18,760 bases of DNA, from positions 1 to 18,760 of the forward strand of contig JBEKSD010000022.1 in assembly GCA_049517335.1 (NCBI GenBank). The letters are read 5' to 3'. How positions within the stretch are numbered: position 1 is the stretch's first letter; the number at the start of each line of letters is the position of its first letter. Position numbers and translations under genes: made by a program. Positions 13,812 through 18,760 of this stretch are shown here, piece by piece. The stretch is from Candidatus Omnitrophota bacterium (GTDB taxonomy: Bacteria > Omnitrophota > Gorgyraeia > Gygaellales > Profunditerraquicolaceae). The notes below the pieces were generated by a model. It was not told the origin of the DNA, made no database searches, and saw only the letters and a list, made by a program, of their open reading frames with translations.

Positions 13812-16800
13812 ATGAATACTGAAAAGCCACAGACCGATGAAGACCATTTAGAGCAACCCGAGATCAAGCCGAAATTTAACTCTAGTTTTAAGACCTGGAT
13901 CCGCGTAGTTGCTTTTATTGTTGTAGCGGTCTTTTTGCCGGAACAGGCTGCCCAAGCAATGGAGTATGATTGGCGCGTTCTCTGGCAGAAACCAGCCATA
14001 GGCTCATTTACTCCTGGCTATCTTCGTGACCTTCGCAATATCGATACCGCCTTAGCAATCAAAAATATCCTCAAAGATATAACAAATAAGCCAATAACAA
14101 GCATAAAAATATCGTCCAATCTGACTGTGAATTTGGATAAGCCTTTACAAATGTCCAATCAGAAAATTGAAGAGATTTTTGATTGGCTAAAGGGTCGTCC
14201 TTGCGGATCCAAAGCTCTATATGATTTCCTCGTTTATCAAGGCAATAAAGTTGAGGAACAAGATATTGCCATTATGGCTTTAACTGTGGATATCTTAAGT
14301 GAAATAGTCAAACCTGAGGGCAATCCCCAAGTCATTAAAAACTCACTTTTTGCCCTTGCTAAAGCATCAGAATTCTTTGGTAGTAAGCTTTATCCCATTA
14401 AAGCGGATTTGAATAATCTCAAAGAATTCGCTCCATTTATTGCGCATATCAAAGGTGACCATTATGTTTTGGTCACTCGTATCGTAAATGATAAGGTCTA
14501 TTTTAGCGATAACCACAGAGAAGAATTTCTACCGTTTGACCTATTCATTCAACGCTTCAGCGGCTTTGCTTTGATTAATCAATCTACCCTTCCTAAAAGA
14601 GCAGTATTTCTTACTCCACAAGAGAGTAAAACCATACTAGGCGCTAATGTATCTACTCAAGCTGATTTGAATAGCGCCATGTCTAGCGCAGATGTGCAAA
14701 AGTACGTATCTTCCGTAAGAAATAGTTTGCATAGTGAATATAATAAGATTCAGACCAGTGCAATGATTAGTATCGGTATTAGCTTGGGTACAACAGTGCT
14801 TGGGGGATTGGCGGCAGGGGGGGCATTCGGCGGTTGGTTTGGCCAGGGAGATTACTTGGGTATGGATATGGCTACTCGTTTTGCAATTACCGGAGCAGTA
14901 CTTACACCTGTGGCTCGCGGGGTGCTTAGCGGTAATTGGAATGATTGGTATTTGTATGCTGGTGCCGGTGCTGCTGTTGGCGGGCTTGCTGGATGGGCAA
15001 TGCAGTCCATGTCAGACACACAATGGCAACAATTTACATGGGCTTTTAATTCGAAAAGCACATGGAGCTGGGCTACTTGGCCGGCAACAGGCGCCTTAGG
15101 CGGGTTGGTCATCGGTGGCCTTTCAACCGGTAAATGGTTTAGCGGTGACTCTCTTACATATGCCATGTATGGTGCTGCTGGAGGATTAGGGTTACGCACT
15201 TTATCAGGGCTTGGTTCCGTATACTCAAGTAAAGGCGATTGGTCTAATTTTATTGGTCAAGACTCTGCTACTACTAGCCTCAGCGGGAATCTAAGTTTTA
15301 CCAACCCTTCACCATATGCGCCATTTACTTCAAAGGCCTATACGGTTTATCAAGGAATGTTAAATGCTCAGATAGTTAATCTTGTTAGCTACGGCCTTAG
15401 TGCTACCGGCATGAACCAAAAAGATGCAGAGTTATTGGGCGCAGGTCTAAGCGGAGCTTTCTTGGGAGCTACGGGCAGTTTGGGTGGTTTGACTAATGGA
15501 TTAGACTCAGCCTGGGAACGCGCAATTTCAGGATCTTTAACTACCCTATCTTCAACATTCATCCGACAGGAGGCACTTGATCTTGGTGTTAAGAGTACGG
15601 CACTAGCTTCTTATATCGGTAATGTTGGAGGCTTGGTGGTAAATAGTGTTGTTAATGGCACTATGTTGTATGCAAATAATTTATCTATAGCCCCAGCTCC
15701 AGGTACTAGTATTTCCAACAACATTTTAGTAGGTGACTATGATTCTCTGAAGAGCACGGTGGTATTAGGTCAAAATCAAAATATAAATGATGTTATTGCT
15801 AGTCCAAACAACAACTACTTTGATTACATAGGGAAAGATATAAACTATACTTTCGAGGCTAACGGCAGTGCTTTATTAAAGGGCTTGGTTTCAAATAGTG
15901 TTGCGGAGTTAGTAACGCGTTATCCCGGAATGGTAGGTTTGTCAGCATCAGATATAAAGTCAATGCCATATGCCACTGCTATCGGTTCTGCTGTAGGTGG
16001 TTTCGTCCCTTCTTCCACGATGACTATTCAACAGAGTATTATGAATGGCTTATTGACTGGTGGACTTACGATTTTTGAAGCTAAGATTGAGTCTAAGTTG
16101 ACGAAACTTGATCCTACTGCAATGACTTCAGTAATGGCAGCTTTTGTAGCTGATGCCGGCGCTGCGTTAGTTAGAGGATTTGTGGGTTCAGTATTGATGC
16201 CGTCTCCCCAAACTGTGTTAACAATAGATGCAAATGGCCAAACTCAGACGCAAACTGCGATCCCGACAGGCGGCGCCCTTAGTATGATGGGTTATCAGTT
16301 AGGCAAGGATTCTTTTGATGTTTTAAGCTTTGGTTATGCTGGCAAAGGAGAGGGAGCATATAATGACATTGTTTATATAAATAAACTTACCACTGCATTT
16401 TCACCGGTTACGCCAGAGCTTCTCAAACAGCAGATGGAGGCATATTCATATAAAGGAACGCTGAGCGCGGATGGTACAACCGCTACAATCACTCTTAGCA
16501 ATGGAACTCAAGCAACATTAACTAAGGTTAATGGATGTTACTATGATGCTAATGGCGAGAAATGGGACAGAACTAGTGGTGGTAAATTCTATTTGGATAG
16601 TAGTAATACCGCTACCGTTACATCCAGCTGGTTGTCATCTCTGGTGAACGGTTGGGGAGAGTTGGCGCACGATATTTATCAGCAAGGCGCGGTTGACAGT
16701 ATGGTGGCAACTATTGGTTCTTTTCAGGGTGCGCGGCAGTTGTTTGGATTGCCGATAACCTTTCTAACGAATGTTAATTACGCAGATGGCGTCAGAGAGC

Positions 16801-18760
16801 AAATGTTTGAATTTTACAGTAAATCAGAGTCCAATCAAAATGGACAATCCATGACAAAAGACACATTCAGTCTTTATGATCAGTATTCAAGCACTCCGGT
16901 TACCACTCAAACTTTCTTGGATGAAGCATTGCTAAATAATGGTAATATCGCACATTCCTATTTACCAATTTCCGGTTCGTGGACTGATGCAAAAGGGAAT
17001 GAAATTAGCCCTTGGTCTTACCGTAATTACACCCTGAATGAGAATGGTTCTATTTCTGCAAAAAACGGGAATCAAACAGTAACCTTGCCAAATAATCTTG
17101 GAGATTTCTATTCTGATGCAGATACTTTTAACGTCGTTCAAGCAGGTTCGGATTGGGCGATTTCGCCTTTTACTCATACAGTAGATCCCATACAGTTTAT
17201 AATTATGGGGACCCAGATGATAGATGCCAATGGCGCAATAGTTTCAGCTGACCTTGTGTTTAATGGCGGCAGCAACGTAACTATAGACAATGGCTGGGCG
17301 TACGATGGGACTATCAGTAACGGTTTGAAACCTATTAATAAGAGCCTTAGCCAGCCTTTAGTGGGTGGGCGGGGAGGCGAAAACAATGAAACTGGCCTTT
17401 ACCGAGGTTATACTACTTTTACTACTGTTGGTGATACTACTGTTGGTAATTTTAATTTTGACTTGACTGAAGACGGAACAGCCGCGAAGGTTAATCAGTT
17501 TGGTGTAGTAGTTAGTCCCGGTGATGTGATTTATGGCCAGGGCAATGATAGTATCACAGGTCTTGGTAAGGATATTAATCCGAGGAATCTTCTTTACACC
17601 ACAGAAGATGGCTCGTATCAATTCAGAGTAACTTCTGATGGAACTCTTTTTGGTAGTCCTAGTCTTGGAGATCATGGTGTTATTTCCGGATTTGACCAAA
17701 CAAATAATTCTTCAGTAAAGTTAGGTGTTTTTAATTATTATGCGGATAGCACAACAACTTCTTTGATAATCGGTGCAGGCCTAGGTTATTCTGTCGATAG
17801 GGGGTGGGTTGAAGGTTTTACGCCGGAAGCAGGAACTCTTTCTAATAATAATCAGTCACTAACATTAGGAAAAGATACATGGATTTTTCTTACTGCTTTC
17901 GGAGCTGTGGGTAACACTGGTGACGATAGTAGTTACAAAACCGGGACATTGAGTTCGCAACCTTTAGTAGGAATTGATTTTTCTAATAATTATGATGTTA
18001 ATGGAAACGAATTCTTCAACCCGTTATTATTAACTGCCGCCGGGGCACAATATACTTTTACTTCCGGAGAAGTAGCTCTTGTCAATTCTAACATCCAGAC
18101 CCAGAAGGTCGATGCTTCTCCCAGCGCCAAGGGTACTGTAGCAGGCGCAACAGCAAAAGGTGATACAGCCGCCACACTTTACGGCGAGGGCGCTTTCGGT
18201 GAGGCAGTTGCCGGCAAGAACGGTATGGATATCGGCCAGGGCCTTTATTATGATGTCAATGGTCCTAACAGACAAAATGTCTTCTTGAACGGATATTTAA
18301 CCTACAGCGGCTATGATACCAAAGAATATAACGAAGGCAATTTTACTTCTACCTATTTTTATGCTCCCGGTGCCTTCTACGGTTATGTTAGTAGTAATCC
18401 CAATGAGATTGCTAACTGGCATGGAGTTACCGCTACCTTCCAGCGGGATAATTTAACCGCCGGTGTTGATTCTGAGGGTAGTAATTATGATATTAGTGTT
18501 GGTTTTTATGATTATATGATGTCCCAAGTTTACAATCTCAAGGGTTTAAACGCCACAGTTACTTTTGATGCTAACGGTAATAAAAAATGGAGTAACGTTT
18601 CTATTTCAAGCGGAACTGCAACAACTTCGATTCTTACAGATTATTTTGATGGGCAGACTGATGTAGCTAATCTAACCGGCCTTCTTACCGATGCTAATGG
18701 CAATGTTCTGTTCCATACTACCGGTGGCTCACAATACCTCTTCAGGGCTGAGGAAGCCGG
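13812..18760 (+). CDS. Giant exported protein, 3'-partial (>1649 aa): signal segment, C39 peptidase-like domain, double-glycine-type motif, Gly-zipper hydrophobic region, beta-rich region
   Basis: Hand translation from ATG 13812 shows no stop to the window end. FKTWIRVVAFIVVAVFLPEQAAQA is signal-like. PCGSKAL (C131), PFIAHIKGDHYVLV (H217), KVYFSD (D233) and FIQRFSGFAL fit the C39 pattern. Confidence 0.92.
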   Translation, partial: MNTEKPQTDEDHLEQPEIKPKFNSSFKTWIRVVAFIVVAVFLPEQAAQAMEYDWRVLWQKPAIGSFTPGYLRDLRNIDTALAIKNILKDITNKPITSIKISSNLTVNLDKPLQMSNQKIEEIFDWLKGRPCGSKALYDFLVYQGNKVEEQDIAIMALTVDILSEIVKPEGNPQVIKNSLFALAKASEFFGSKLYPIKADLNNLKEFAPFIAHIKGDHYVLVTRIVNDKVYFSDNHREEFLPFDLFIQRFSGFALINQSTLPKRAVFLTPQESKTILGANVSTQADLNSAMSSADVQKYVSSVRNSLHSEYNKIQTSAMISIGISLGTTVLGGLAAGGAFGGWFGQGDYLGMDMATRFAITGAVLTPVARGVLSGNWNDWYLYAGAGAAVGGLAGWAMQSMSDTQWQQFTWAFNSKSTWSWATWPATGALGGLVIGGLSTGKWFSGDSLTYAMYGAAGGLGLRTLSGLGSVYSSKGDWSNFIGQDSATTSLSGNLSFTNPSPYAPFTSKAYTVYQGMLNAQIVNLVSYGLSATGMNQKDAELLGAGLSGAFLGATGSLGGLTNGLDSAWERAISGSLTTLSSTFIRQEALDLGVKSTALASYIGNVGGLVVNSVVNGTMLYANNLSIAPAPGTSISNNILVGDYDSLKSTVVLGQNQNINDVIASPNNNYFDYIGKDINYTFEANGSALLKGLVSNSVAELVTRYPGMVGLSASDIKSMPYATAIGSAVGGFVPSSTMTIQQSIMNGLLTGGLTIFEAKIESKLTKLDPTAMTSVMAAFVADAGAALVRGFVGSVLMPSPQTVLTIDANGQTQTQTAIPTGGALSMMGYQLGKDSFDVLSFGYAGKGEGAYNDIVYINKLTTAFSPVTPELLKQQMEAYSYKGTLSADGTTATITLSNGTQATLTKVNGCYYDANGEKWDRTSGGKFYLDSSNTATVTSSWLSSLVNGWGELAHDIYQQGAVDSMVATIGSFQGARQLFGLPITFLTNVNYADGVREQMFEFYSKSESNQNGQSMTKDTFSLYDQYSSTPVTTQTFLDEALLNNGNIAHSYLPISGSWTDAKGNEISPWSYRNYTLNENGSISAKNGNQTVTLPNNLGDFYSDADTFNVVQAGSDWAISPFTHTVDPIQFIIMGTQMIDANGAIVSADLVFNGGSNVTIDNGWAYDGTISNGLKPINKSLSQPLVGGRGGENNETGLYRGYTTFTTVGDTTVGNFNFDLTEDGTAAKVNQFGVVVSPGDVIYGQGNDSITGLGKDINPRNLLYTTEDGSYQFRVTSDGTLFGSPSLGDHGVISGFDQTNNSSVKLGVFNYYADSTTTSLIIGAGLGYSVDRGWVEGFTPEAGTLSNNNQSLTLGKDTWIFLTAFGAVGNTGDDSSYKTGTLSSQPLVGIDFSNNYDVNGNEFFNPLLLTAAGAQYTFTSGEVALVNSNIQTQKVDASPSAKGTVAGATAKGDTAATLYGEGAFGEAVAGKNGMDIGQGLYYDVNGPNRQNVFLNGYLTYSGYDTKEYNEGNFTSTYFYAPGAFYGYVSSNPNEIANWHGVTATFQRDNLTAGVDSEGSNYDISVGFYDYMMSQVYNLKGLNATVTFDANGNKKWSNVSISSGTATTSILTDYFDGQTDVANLTGLLTDANGNVLFHTTGGSQYLFRAEEA

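Noticed and set aside
17419-17448. TACTACTGTTGGT tandem (TTVGDTTVG)
   Set aside because: Two-copy in-frame micro-duplication with no evident significance.
13784-18275. Track ORFs in the right-hand 5 kb
   Set aside because: All are shadows of the single open + frame starting at 13812, which the track omitted, presumably because it has no stop in the window.

Overview
Left two thirds (about 1-11332, + strand): part of a Tad/Flp (type IVc) pilus locus. It holds a 5'-truncated CpaE/TadZ-like + CpaF/TadA ATPase fusion, a DUF192 gene and a 622-aa HTH protein resembling a degenerate transposase. Eleven prepilin-type genes follow (three absent from the ORF track), including a TadG-like protein with 10 Cys in 17 residues, then a secreted two-repeat protein, tadB and tadC. 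Middle (about 11340-13500): a decayed accessory zone with a frameshifted wHTH-MNT/HEPN pair, an internally deleted IS256-family remnant and REP-like palindromes. Right (13507-18760): a sigma70-like promoter and a GEMM-I (c-di-GMP-I class) riboswitch with A at the G20-equivalent position plus an overlapping terminator. These precede a giant ORF (>1649 aa, open to the window end, not in the ORF track). It encodes a signal segment, a C39 peptidase domain, an in-cis double-glycine-type cleavage motif, a Gly/Trp-rich hydrophobic region and a beta-rich region. The layout resembles Candidatus Omnitrophota loci (inference, not verified) and suggests a second-messenger-gated, self-processing giant effector beside a multi-pilin Tad contact apparatus.
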